From Mytilus trossulus (Eukaryota), in NCBI RefSeq assembly GCF_036588685.1, contig NC_086383.1, positions 36,890,001-36,954,000 of the forward strand: a stretch of DNA of 64,000 nucleotides. The letters are read 5' to 3'. Under the pieces are notes generated by a model, which saw only the letters and a program-made list of their open reading frames with translations, made no database searches and had not been told where the DNA came from. This document shows, piece by piece, positions 50,652-63,688 of this stretch. A program made the translations under genes and the position numbers. Position 1 is the stretch's first letter, and every line of letters starts with the position of its first letter.

Positions 50652-52548
50652 TTTTTTTTTTTAGTTTAAACAATATTTTATTCAAATAAATTGAATTGGA
50701 TTGGGCAACAGGCATAGCCTATGTAAGCCCTCTCCACAAAACAAGGTACAATATATTACATTCAAACAAAGCAACACATGCACAAACATAAAGACAAAAC
50801 AGAATAAATTTTTCAAAAATACCTCTTAGCTGACTGGAATGATGTTTCAAATAGTTAGCTCAGATCAAAAGTATGACTATTTTCAAAATGCTTCAAATGT
50901 AAACTCAGAAAAATTAATAAAAAATATACTATGAAAAAAAAAGATTAAGTTCTATAAACTCCAACATTGATTTAGAGGTCTCATATTAAACTAAATGGTC
51001 TCCAGTCAGCTATCTAAAATAATAAATTTAATAACTCATTTTTAAAACAACATGTTTGATATCATGTACTTATGTTTACTAAATTTTTGCACCTGAAGAA
51101 AAACGACAGCGAGTAGTAACCATATTGATACATTAAAGAATTATAATAATATAAAAAGAATTTAGAATGTTAATAATAAAAGAAAGAAAAAAAAAAAAAA
51201 AAAAAAAAAACAGATTTAAGAAATTAAAGATATACAAATTGAATATATGAATGATATAGAAATAAAGGTGCATTTAGTAGCTTTTTAGCTTTAATAATAT
51301 TAATTTCAATGTACTGTCATTTCATTATAACTTTTGTTTCAATATTAATTATTTTTCTGCTGATTCAGGTCTAAGAGCTTAATATAAAACAAAATACAGA
51401 CATACAAAGTAAAAGTTAATTTGGTTTTGGACTATAAAATACATTTCATTATACAAATCTCTCTGAATTTTTTATATATTCATGAACGGCCTTAACTATC
51501 TGCACATTGTCTTCAAAACTCAAAGATTGATCACCAAATAGTATCAAGTTTAAATCAATATCAACTCCATAAGCAGACAGTTTATCAAGGAGTGTGATCC
51601 TATTAATAATGTATGATGGACAATCAAAAAAATAATGTTGGTTGTCTTCACATTTATATAAACATTTAGAACAGGAAGGTTCTTCTGTCAAAAAATCATG
51701 AAACAAGTGAGAATTTAAATTACTTGCATCGTTTCGTAATTGACAATGAATAATATTAAATTTTCTTATACCTGAACAAAAATATTTAGGAGGAATCTCT
51801 GGTTTATATATTTTATCAAGTACAGATTTAAACTGGTTAATCGACAAAGCATTTTTAGCATTAGTGTCTAATTCATTCCAGAGTTTAACAACAGAAGGTA
51901 TGAAACTTTTATAATATGAAACTGTTCTGCACCTTGGTATGGTATAATTCTGAGAGTCTCTCCTAAGATTATAATCATTCGGTGTGAGAAAACAAGGTTC
52001 TAATAAGTCTGTCATATAATCTGGGGAAAATCCATTTTTTATTTTATAAAATGAAGTAAGTTTATGCTTCTTCCTTCTGTCTGATAATTTTTCAAGACCT
52101 ATTTCAGTGTATAATTTTTTAAGAGAAGTTGTACGTCGGAGACCAGTAATAATACGAGCAGCTTCAATTTGAACACTTTCTAATAAGTTAGCTTCTTGTA
52201 AAGTACAATTATCCCATACAATGTTTGCATATTCTAGAATAGGGCGAATAAATGCTGTATAAATTGTAATAAGTACATTTCGATCCAAACTATATTTTAC
52301 TTGTCTTAATAAATGTAATCTAGAACATGCTTTTTTATAAATTGCATTTATATGTAATTTCCAATTAGCCTTACTCTCAAAGTTGAGACCTAGGTGACAG
52401 TGACTTTTAACTTCTTTTATTTGGTCCCCTCCAATGCCAAAGTATAAAGGGGGAGGATTGATATCTTTTCTAGAAAATAAAAGGGTTTCTGTTTTAGAGG
52501 GATTAAAGGTTACAGCCCAGTTTTCAGCCCATGTTTTAATGTTTTTTA
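50652..52548 (-). mobile_element. LINE-C: 5'-truncated CR1/L2-group element, same clade as LINE-B
   Basis: Minus-strand WAENWAVTFNPSKTE, HCHLG and ORF 51449-52288 homologous to the LINE-B ORF2 C-terminus; 3' end AATAAAATATTGTTTAAACTAAAA. Confidence 0.9.
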
Positions 52549-52882
52549 AACGCTATTGCACACGGTCAAGGTCCATAAATCATAGTATTCTGACACCGAT
52601 TTATTCTGTCTTTTCTGTTTCTTCTCAATGTTACATACTTAGCAGAGAAGCAGAAAACAGCACCTTTCCTTTTTGTGAAGTGCTGTCAATTGAATTTTAC
52701 TACTTGGTGTTGTGAAACAAAAAAGGTGCATCCTCCAATGAAAAAGACTCATCTAGGGTTAATTTGTATTTATTTATGAAAACAACAATTTCTTAAGTTT
52801 GTCAATAGGGCACTATTAACTATTGCAACATCAATTGTTTTTGAAACAATTGATCAATCAACCAATACAACTTTGGAATTAT

Positions 52883-52908
52883 GCTAATAAAAAACGTTTT
52901 CATTTTAG
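52883..52908 (+). promoter_or_regulatory. Candidate branch point and splice acceptor for a 5'-UTR intron of GPCR paralog 5
   Basis: GCTAAT...GTTTTCATTTTAG|G, 9 nt upstream of ATG 52918. Confidence 0.55.
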
Positions 52909-52917
52909 GACTTTAAA

Positions 52918-54402
52918 ATGGATTACAGTGAAGTAAATAAGATAAATGATGATATGACAGAAACTCTTATGCCAGCCATTGGTATAGTGTCAGTATACAT
53001 GGCAATCGGACTTATAGGGAACCCCATGGTTATATATTACTACGGATTTAGAGCTAGATCAACTTCATCGTTTCACTTTATTCTTGCGTTAGCAGTTTTC
53101 GATCTAATCGTATGTACTGTATCAATGCCGTTAGAAATTGTGGACATGACCCATTTCTACAAATTCGAAAGTGTGGTTGCCTGTAAAATTCTACGTTTTG
53201 TAAACTACTTTGCAACCATAGGTTCTGGTGGTATTTTAATGGCCTTAGCCGTTGACAGGTATAGAAAAATATGCAGACCTCTTCGAAGACAACTCACTTT
53301 ACAAATAACCAGACTTATAATTGGATTTGTGTGTTTGTTTTCATTTTGTATTTCTTGGCCAAGCCTCGCTTTTTACAATATCGTGAATGTAAACATTACT
53401 AAAGTACCTGGATTAACCGGAAGTGATTGCACCATGATAAGAGACGATGATTACAAACTTTTGATCACTGTCTACAATGTGTTTTTGTTTTTAATATTTT
53501 TGATATGTGTTAGTGCTTTGATTGTACTGTACGCTTTAGTTGGAAAGACATTATTTCGAGTGAAATGTTGCCGTCTAAAGAGAGTCGTACAAAAAAGCGA
53601 AAATACAAGTCGGCGGTACATTCCGGCAGAAACAGTTGCGAGTGAAATAGAAAGTTGCAATGATAGTTCGAAACGTAATTCCGTGAGTTATGGATTAGAA
53701 ATTCAAATTAAAGACGAGAATGACGACAAGCCCTTAGCAACAATAACGGAACTACAAAATGATAACAACAACATGCCATTATCCGATAATTCTGGTAATT
53801 CTCACATAGATATGTCAGAAGTAACCAGTCAAAACCTACCTCCAAATTATTTACCGTACTGCGCAGAAAAAGATTCAAAGGACTCTGACGACATCGATCC
53901 GTCTATTAATAGACGTTCCACGGAAATTATTCTAAAGGAAGGTACAGACGGGAAAACAGTCGCCAAACTTTCAAACGGAAAATCACACAAAAAACATAAA
54001 GGAAAAGTCAAATTAACTCCAAATGTATCCACGAGCAGTCTTGGAAGTGTAAGGTATAATCATCGATCGTCAAGAAAATCAATTTCAAGAAGACTGCATA
54101 CAAGACAATATACCATTATGATGATCGCCATTACTATAGCTTTCATCATTTCATTTTTACCATATTTGGCTTTGGTCACGTGGCGAACCATAGCAACTGA
54201 CTATGAGGTTGACGTGTTATCTGATCCTGAACTTTTAGCGTTTCAAATTTTTATCAGGTCGTTTTTGATAAGCAGTGCTGTAAATCCATTAATTTATGGA
54301 TTTCTTAATAGTGAATTTAGACGTTTTATTTATCAGCGTGTCTGCTGCTGTTTACACAGCAAAACACCATCACCTGAAATCTCATCATCGCACTCTATTT
54401 GA
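52918..54402 (+). CDS. Class A GPCR paralog 5, 494 aa
   Basis: GNPMV, LAVFD, DRY, SWP, GSDC, SFLPY, NPLIY; C-tail VCCC; AATAAA at ~54425. Confidence 0.94.
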   Translation: MDYSEVNKINDDMTETLMPAIGIVSVYMAIGLIGNPMVIYYYGFRARSTSSFHFILALAVFDLIVCTVSMPLEIVDMTHFYKFESVVACKILRFVNYFATIGSGGILMALAVDRYRKICRPLRRQLTLQITRLIIGFVCLFSFCISWPSLAFYNIVNVNITKVPGLTGSDCTMIRDDDYKLLITVYNVFLFLIFLICVSALIVLYALVGKTLFRVKCCRLKRVVQKSENTSRRYIPAETVASEIESCNDSSKRNSVSYGLEIQIKDENDDKPLATITELQNDNNNMPLSDNSGNSHIDMSEVTSQNLPPNYLPYCAEKDSKDSDDIDPSINRRSTEIILKEGTDGKTVAKLSNGKSHKKHKGKVKLTPNVSTSSLGSVRYNHRSSRKSISRRLHTRQYTIMMIAITIAFIISFLPYLALVTWRTIATDYEVDVLSDPELLAFQIFIRSFLISSAVNPLIYGFLNSEFRRFIYQRVCCCLHSKTPSPEISSSHSI

Positions 54403-57400
54403 ATTTGATTGCTGAACATCGTTAAATAAACGATGCCGATTGGTTAGCATTAATCATGTGATAATACTAGCTTGCTTATTATCGTTGTTGAATACATTTA
54501 GAATATGAAAGTAGAGACTCACTTAACAATAAAACTCACTTAATATAAAAGAAAAATAAGCATAATTAAAAAAACGTAAAAAAAGCCAACCCCGGACTAG
54601 ATGCCTGACTTCGGACACTCGGACACATGTCACGGGAACGAACTAGTTTTGACTTGACCCTTTTCCTTTTAATCTCAACGAAAGTACTACCAAATCTATA
54701 TAAAAGAACATACAAAAGGGAAAACTACAAAACATATTCAATATAAAAAAAAAGATGTGGTCTGATTGCCAATGAGACAACTATCCACAAAAGACCAAAA
54801 TGACACACAAATTAACAACTGTAGGTCACCGTACGGCCCTCAACATTGAGCATAGCCCGTACCGCATAGTCAGCTATTAAAGGCCCCGATTAGACAAAGT
54901 AAAACAATTCAAACGAGAAAACTAATTTTCATTAATAGTTTTAACTTCAAGTATGAATATGAAACAAAATGACAGACCACACATGTCTTTACCCGTGTAT
55001 AACACTAGTTATTGACTGATTGAAACTTGCTATGTTCTAATATCGGTGTCTTAACATACATGCATATTTCAGAAAACAACGTGTGATGAAACCTGAATCG
55101 TCCATCAATAACTTATATCAGCTTTCAGCCCTGAGACGAAATTTTACCCCAATATTTTGTTTTTTCATGTTTGCCTATTATTTTCTCAACTTTGATGTTA
55201 TTGCAGTTGGTCAGCGAAGTGATTTAACAGCAATACAAGATTTTCCCAAAATAATAATCATTCAACACATACTTGTTGCATTGTATCAATTGTATAAAAT
55301 TATATATTAAGGAGAGCGATACATGTTATATGGTGCCTCTGGTTATTTAGGTTATGCATTTTAAGTTACTTTTCGGATAAACATCTTTGTACAACATTTT
55401 TTTGTTTTATCGTAGTATATGACGTCCTTTAAAGTTTTTACCTAATTCACACATCCACATTCTTAAACCAATGTTTTAAGCACAAATTATATAAATTAAT
55501 AGGGTTCGTATCTATAGACAAGAAGATGTGATGTAAGTGCCTGTGAGACAATGTTTCAATCAGTCAAGTGGTACTTAATCAGGATCGGGAATAGAGAAAA
55601 GCCAACTAGACAATTATATGAGAGGCATATATATACAATGTTTACTATTTGGTTTCTTGTCAATCAGAAAAAAATAAGAAAAAACGAACAGTGTTGTTCT
55701 ATTAAAAGTTCACATGAGTCAATCAAGCATAAAAGAAGTTAGATTCACAGTTTGAATTTTGTGTTTCAGAAGGGATTATATTTTCCAAAGAGATGCGCGT
55801 CAGAGTAAAAGTTTAATTCTTTCTTCGATATTTTAATGTGCAAAAGATGTTACAATTGTCATAGTTTTTGCATCAATATTTAAATGTTATGACATTAAGC
55901 TTGAGAGGAATAATTCATTTACGTTGTGGATGCTTATGATGATATAGCTGCAGTTAAAAGTTTCAATGATGACATCATGATGCCCATTCCTTAGCAAATG
56001 AGAGGAAATATGAAATATGTAGATTTTGAAACCGTGTTTACTACATTTTAAGTGATCGGCATCAAGAAAGAAAATCTTAGACATCAAGACAGGGTTCGAC
56101 GTAATCTTACTCGGTATTTGGCATAAACAAATTAGCACATTCTACTACATGTACAATGTAGTTCTTTTAGACAGTTCTGAGGTAAACAAATCGTTAAGTT
56201 TATGAATAATGATCTGCTATTATGTCCTTCGATGAATTGGTAGAACCATTATTGAATGTGTGTACTATAATAGATGACAACATAGTTCTTTTTCATTGTC
56301 GTATCTTTGTCGTCTTTTTCATTGACTGTGGCATTACTGAATATCAATTGCAACGGGTAACACTAACGATGCAAGTTGTGTAGCAGGAAGTTTCTCATAC
56401 ATGTATGTACTCATTTTATTACTAAAACTGTTATACTTTTACTATAAACTTCTGTAAAAAATGTAACGTATATAGGATAGAAAATTTAAATGCAATAGCA
56501 TGTTTTTTCAAAGGTCAAAATATAGGGCTGTACAGCATATTTTCAACATGTATAGGTCTCAAACTTCTTAGAGTTTTAACTTGCAATACAATTATGTTAT
56601 ATCACTCCCTTTACTTCGGGTTTTCTTGAGAATTGAAGTTGACCGCTATCCATATGTATCAATACTGGTTTATTTCCCAAGTTGTGTCTCTTTTAGATGA
56701 ACCATAGGATGTGAACAAATAGTACAAAACAGAATATGAATTTAACAAAAAGGGAGTGTTTGTGAAACAGCTTTTATTACAAAGCGCAATGAATACTTAC
56801 ATTTATCTGTTTATTCCAATAGAAAAATCTTCTTTTAAACAAACTACTTATTTTCACTATACTACTTATTTATTAGAACAATAGTCTAAAATTTATGTAA
56901 TCAGTACATGTGCTATTAGTTTACAGTATATTTAGTAACCCCACCCCAATCAAGTTTTACTTTTAAAAGAATTTGAAAACATGCATGGCATATAATAATT
57001 GTCAGCTTACATTTTGTGCATGTTTTGTGATATTCAATGCCTAAATCCTACTTAAAACTACGCTGATAATAATATGTTTTAAAACATTTCAAAATATTAT
57101 TATCTTTAATATTTAATCATAATTGTACCAACATTCAAAAATGTATAAAGTGTCCAAGCAAGCCTATGTTTCCAGTTCACATCTTACCATTTATCTATTA
57201 AAATTCTCAGTTTCTGCCTCTGACAGATGACACAAATTTAAAGCAAGGTCATTTTTCTTCTATATAAAAGACCTTAAAGTTTATAATAATAAAATCATCG
57301 CTTTAACAGGTTAAATTATCTGTGTTATAACCCGGAGTGAAGGATTCATTTTTTTCTTTTCTGCAACTGTGGTTTTTAAATTTCTTACTAATTCTGTAGA

Positions 57401-57433
57401 TTCTGTTTGAATTTAATATTCAGGTTTTTTTAA

Positions 57434-58604
57434 GGGTGTTGCTTAATGGCGGAAACGGAAAACGAAACGGAAACCGAAACGGAAAGAATTTTCTATATAA
57501 ACGGAATGTAAGGGCAGAAATAAAAAAGGGACGACAGATACCAAAAATACAAAACACTTAAATTTATACAATTATAAACAAAATATTTTCAAAACAACAG
57601 ATTGTAAGGTAACATAGGTGCTTCGTATAAAGCAGTTATTTTAAAGCTTTGAAACAAGACAAAAGCAGAACTGAAGGTAACCCAGTGCTATGGATCAGAA
57701 AACAGTTCATATAATATAAAACTCTTCTGTTGAAATATATGATAAAGCGTATAATACACGGCAAAATCCGTATCACATGCCGTATCACCCTCGACCAATA
57801 TCATCCCTCGGGCTGATATTGATGTCTTGGGATGATACGACATATGATACGGATTTTGCCATGTATTATTCTCTATATAGTGAAAGATTTTGTCATTTTT
57901 TTTCATTAGGGTAAAATATAATATACAGGTTTCTATTCTAGTTCCCTGGTTTTAATAACGAATTTTGTCAACACACCATTGTCCTTTGAGGTTTTCTTTA
58001 CGTTTTCTTTCCATTATATACGAAAAGGTCCAACGAAAATCTGCAATGCAGAACAAAGCAACAAGATACACAACATCACTAATCTTGATTAAAGGCAATT
58101 AAAACAGAAACAAAGAAAACAATTGATGCAAAGGATTTCCCCAAAAATTAATTACTTCACAACCTATTTATAAAATTAGAGACATTTATAATACAATATT
58201 GTATTATACATGTATGTCTTTGATAGAATCGAGGCCAATATCTTTCTTCTTTTTTTGGCCTATAGAGATTTGTTTTCTGTTGTTGACCGGGGTTTCTAAC
58301 TTATTGACACTGAACAAACTTTAAAAAAAGTTTGAACAGACTATCCTGAATCGCATGAAAGACGTACATTAACGCGTGACGTATTTCAAAAACATAGTCT
58401 CATTATCTCCTGGTAGTTATTTGAATACTTTTTGCTTTAAAATCTTTTATTTTAAGTGCATTCCTCTGGTGTTTTTTTTCATTTCTTATGAACATGTGTA
58501 ATACTATATAAAACATGCCTATATAGATAGAATAGATGTTAATTCTTTCTGTTTCCGTTTTCCGTTTCCGTTCCGATTTCTGTTTCCGCCTTTTAGCAAC
58601 ACCC
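57434..58604. mobile_element. Non-autonomous TIR element (MULE-like, GGG termini) with GGAAAC subterminal repeats
   Basis: GGGTGTTGCT.AA.GGCGGAAAC... / ...GTTTCCGCCTTTTAGCAACACCC; AT-rich, imperfect 9-bp flanks. Confidence 0.7.
57751..57869. mobile_element. Crypton-like hairpin nested in the TIR element
   Basis: ATAATACA.GGCAAAATCCGTATCA... / ...TGATACGGATTTTGCC.TGTATTAT around a central CCCTCGGG. Confidence 0.55.
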
Positions 58605-58879
58605 TTATTTTTAGTTTTATTTGCGATAGAACGCAGTGTATTAAGATTTATAGTTTTTTTGTATCTTTAGCGTGTATTTGTTTTATGCAGCGGTCACAAG
58701 CACATACGTGTTTTGGCGAATCGTGCTGCTATAGTTCATTTTGTAGTATTTAATCACGTTTTACATTGCGGAGTTACACCTAAAAGAGTGGTGATTGATA
58801 ATTTTTTTTAATTACTGATCATTAAATTTTCTGTTATAATCATGGTATTGATATTGTATAGGAGCAAACTTTCTTTCCG

Positions 58880-60050
58880 CCGCAAGGCGTCTCCATCTTG
58901 GGTTGTGGCAACTTAAGTTACCCACAGCCGTTTAAACACAGGGCAGAAAGCACAGTTATGCTTTATGGCTAACGTATGTTCTATCAAAACTTTTGATTCA
59001 TCAACCATGCAACACCCATTGTCCACATGCATGAATTTGAAAAATCGTCTAAAAGAAATAATCCACAACTCTTGTATATCCATTAATGGTAGCATACGCT
59101 ATAAATCTATTACTAAGGGATCATACTATACTTCATATTTTTTTAATAGTGAACAAACAAGGTTAATCATGCTACACCATTTCGTAGAGGGTCAAGTAGT
59201 CTGTATGGTGGAGTTTTTTTTTATTGATAATATATTTGTTGAATTGGGGGGTAGGCGTTTTCAACAATTTGTAGGCCTTCTTAATGAATGGAAAGAACTG
59301 TATACCTCTTCTTGTCGACCTTTAGCTATTTAATATGAGTTAGAAGTCATTCAGAAATTTGTCAAAAAAACAGAGGATTAAAGAATCAAGATCATATAAT
59401 TTCACTTTTAAATGTATTTATGATGTTCTTTCCATTCTCAATCCAAACTTTTGTGATGGGGTTCCAAAAAAATATCACTTAGAACTAGATATTATAGAAA
59501 CACCAGACACGGCTCCCTCCGCCTGATTTTTAAACCTTTACATCGAATTTGACGTAAGCGATCATCTCAGTACCAGAATCTATGACAAGCTAGACGATCC
59601 TGAATTTGAAATTATCAATTTCCCACACCTTATTAGCAATGTACATATTTCACCAGCATATGGAATATACACTTAAGTAAGGTACTAAGGCCGTTAGTTT
59701 TCTCGTTTGAATTGTTTTACATTGTCTTATCGGGGCCATTTATAGCTGACTATGCAGTATGTGCTTTGCTCATTGTTGAAGGCCGTACGGTGACCTATAG
59801 TTGTTAATGTTTGTGTCATTTAGGTCTTTTGTGGATAGTTATCTCATTGGTAATCATACCACATCTTCTTTTTTATATTATCAACTCATTTGATATTCAA
59901 GAGCTTGCAGCTACTACATTTTTGTACTTAGATTTAATAAACATCATCAATGTATGAGCAGACAATGATGAACCAGGGTTCCATGTCCAAAAATGTCTCG
60001 TCTTTTTAAATGGTGACATACCAAGACCCTTGTTGATAATTGTCTGTTTC
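58880..60050 (+). pseudogene. Decayed Penelope-like element RT (possibly Naiad-type), interrupted by a repeat at 59689-59878
   Basis: Relics SIKTFD, IDNIFVELGGRRFQQFVG, TRIYDKLDD, EIINFPHL, SPAYGIY. Confidence 0.7.
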
Positions 60051-61510
60051 AACTTCACATATTATGGTCCAGAAGTATCTATGATAGGTACTGACGTTGT
60101 GTATCATTTAAATTGCGTGTTAACTAAAGTTTGTCTTTGTAAATTTTTACCCTTACTGTTTAATCCTTTGTGTTAATATCTTTTTGGCCTAGTTCAGTGC
60201 TTATGCATCCCGTAATTTGTATACTGTGCTATAGTAAATTTTTGTTTTTGATGTCTTTCATTTTTGCTTACGTTATTTTTCTACATGCCATTCTGTATTT
60301 TCTTTATTGACATTTGTTTGTTTTCATAGTGAGTTAGATTAAAACACACTGTTGACTGCTATACTCCTATTTTCGACATTTCTACTAATTTTGTCTTTTT
60401 GTTTTGTTCACAAATCATTGTCAATATAATTGAACTTTATACGACTTTCTATAAGTGAACGCTTTTAAAAGCTCAAAAACCATGTTTAATCCATTATTTT
60501 CTACATAGAAAATGCTTGTACAAAGTCAGGAATGTGCATTTTTTTTCAATCGTTTGATGTGTTTGTGAATTTGTCATCTGGTGAAGGACTTTCTGTTTTG
60601 AATATTCCCTGGAGTTCAGTACTTTTGTTAATTTGTTTGTTACGTTTATGTATTTATTGTGAATTTTCTTTGCATACAATCTTCATAAAATATTTATAAA
60701 AGTCATATTTCAGTTGATAATTATAAAAGAAATTCTGAGGAAAAATCATGTTCTCTTTGTTCACCAATGGTGTCATTTGGAAGTTAATAAAAACACGAGA
60801 GTTGTCTTTCTTCGAGTATCATGTAGCTCTGTTCATGTTAACCACTGGCGAATAATAAAAGCTTTGATGCATCAATCTGAAATGTTAAATACGCTTCTTT
60901 TTTTTAAAAAGTTTGTTAGCATCTTGAGGTCAACATGCTATATATTTTTAAAAATATGTATGTTGTCTTTTGCAATAAATGTATTCTAATAGTGAAAAAG
61001 ACAGTCTGATTTCATTTAGTATCCTCAATGTCAGATCAGTTTCTGATGAAATTATATGTCTCAAAAATATAAAATTCAACATTTTTAAGACTCTAAAAAC
61101 TGTTTTATTTGCCCTGTGCGAAAAAAATCTTCAAATCAAAACAACAAATAAGTTAACCAATAGCGATACAAAATAAGTACATACTTGCCACTATAGGCTT
61201 TTCCCGCGTATCGACAAACCTGAAGATCATATTAAACGCAATTTTCTGAAACATAAATATATTTGCAGAGGCATTAATTCTTATCAACTTATCAAGTGTA
61301 TTTAATTACTCTGACATTCGAAACTATATACCTTCCTATTAAGATAACATATTAGAACCACCTATTATTTCATACACTTACAAAAAAAAACCAGCAGAAG
61401 TTTAAATCTATTAATTAATCATCGGTAACATCAGTTGTGAATGTAGAAAATAGTACTCCTTTAACTTGATACTGTGAATCATCGAAGTTTAGAAATGTTA
61501 CCTATGGCCG

Positions 61511-61973
61511 TAAGGTTACAAGAGCGCAATTATTCGTAATGTATTCCATAGGGTACCACTAGTGTTCCGTATTTTTTCTCTCGAAGACTATACAAACTAG
61601 GGAAAAACGGGTGGCAGTTCCTGTTACTAGAAATGCCAGTGTTGCATTACAACCCCCAAAAAATATAGGGTCTACGGGCTCAAATTAACTTAAGATGCAG
61701 TTGAAAAAGATCGTCTACTTTTTTCGCTTAATGAAAAAGGCATATTTTTAATGGCTCCGACGTGCAGAAATTAAAGATATTTTCTATACTTCGTAAAATG
61801 TGAATATGATTTTCGGCAATTTTTAAACCTAATTGGATGAGCTTTCGATTTAATGTAATTCCAATCCTGTATCAACCAATCAGAAGCCGTATAGGATTCT
61901 ATTCTGAGTACAACATTGGGGTAAAAAACTTGCCGCTAAATTATTAACAAATAATTGCGCTCTTGTAACCGTA
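61511..61973. mobile_element. MITE with TA(A/C)GG termini
   Basis: 24-bp TIR TAAGGTTACAAGAGCGCAATTATT / AATAATTGCGCTCTTGTAACCGTA; no matching TSD. Confidence 0.7.
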
Positions 61974-62399
61974 ACACGTGTCACGGTACTTGTCTATCCC
62001 AAACTCATGTGTTTGGTTTTGATGTTTTGTTTGTTGTTCTCGTGGGATTTTGTCTGGAGCTTGGTTAGTTTCTGTGTGTGTTGCATTTTGATGTATCGTT
62101 GTTCTTCTCTTGTATTAAATGCATTCCCTCGGTTTTGGTTTGTTGCAACTTTTTATGTTTTTTGTCCATGGATTTATGAGTTTTGAACAGCGGTATACTA
62201 CTGTTGCCTTTATTTATCACAGGGGGCCTCAATATCGTCGAGGACAGAGAGGTAAAAACCTGTTTGAAAAAAGTATCGTCCTCCATCTAAAATAGAATGG
62301 AAAGAGTGTCGTCAAATTACCAAAGATGCTCATTCCTCATTTTGTAAAAAAAAATGTGTAAATGGCCAAATCTGATAAAAAATCTCTTGATTCTTATTG

Positions 62400-63598
62400 G
62401 TATTAAAATATGAATGTTGTAGATAATAGAATATTTTGAAAATAATAATTCAGAAGTAAATAATTATAGAGTACATAATACGCCTATTTGCAGAATAAGA
62501 AATAAACTTCAAGAACGTCAAGAAATTCAAGTCTGTTTGTTCCGGTCGACAAAGCAGTGATGGTGGTATGCCAAAATTACTACTCGGACGTTCTTAAGAA
62601 TGAAATTTTAAATTCATCTAGCTACATTCAAGTCTAATCGCTCAACAGAGAGTCATATAGTAAACAAACATATCTTTACTACATCAAAGCTTAAGGCTTA
62701 TTCTTAACATTTGAAGGTCACTACTATGCATTGGTTACCTAAACTACTCAAAATATCATATACATATCGTTTCATCTCGGCCTCTAGTAAGTGGTCTACA
62801 ACTAATGTTTGAGTGCTTTTAACAAGTTCCTTAACTACTACCAAAGAGCTTATCATAAACTATTGTAATACAATATATGAATATACATGTAGTAGAATTA
62901 ACTATTTTTGAAGTCTAAAACATTATTTGGATGTTTTAGATAAATAACGTGCTTTTGATGGTTTTTTGGATCTGTTGACAGTTGTGACTTTTCTACTTTT
63001 TCAATACACTTCCACACTATCTTATCAAACATTTTTTCCCCTAATAATTAAATGGTCGTATGGTTAATCTGAATGCAAATATATTTGCTGGAACTTATTT
63101 ATAGTCTCCTTCACTAATGAGAAAGGTAAACATGCTAGTTATACTTACTCGAGGCGTGATGAGCTGATTGAAACTGTTAATTTTGTACTTGATAATATGT
63201 ATGTACGTTTCGGCAACACATTGTATTGACAGGTTGTAGGTATCCTTATGGGCACTAATTGTTTCCCTTTAATAGCAGACTTGTTTTTTGCATTGTTATG
63301 AATCACAGTTTATGACCAAACGCAGTAAAGACCCGTCGAAATTGCATTTAATTGATAAATTCCACAACACTAACCGTTAAACGGGAAGCTCCACACTAAA
63401 ATTTAAGACAAAAGTGACGATTTTTCGTTCTATATTGTAAATTTTCCATTTTTTTTTTATTTTAACGAACGTAATCTATGTATTACTGGTGAATTTTTAA
63501 GCCAGGGATTGCGTTAGCATAAATTACTTAACACATTTACTAAATCTTTCCATATATATAAAGATTTGGTTTTATAGTTTAGTTGTACGGGATAGCAC
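62400..63598 (+). pseudogene. Second decayed Penelope-like RT
   Basis: Relics FVPVDKA, WLPKL, YRFISASSK, DFST, LDNMYVRFGN, QVVGILMGTNCFPLIADLF. Confidence 0.75.
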
Positions 63599-63688
63599 AT
63601 TCAATTGGTCTCCATGCACGTCACGACATTGAAGATTCACTAGCTAGTGAATCTTCAATGTCGTGACTTGCATGGAGACCAATTGAAT
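63599..63688. repeat. 90-bp spacer-less palindrome
   Basis: 45-bp arms with one mismatch, centred on CTAG|CTAG (63643/63644). Confidence 0.92.
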
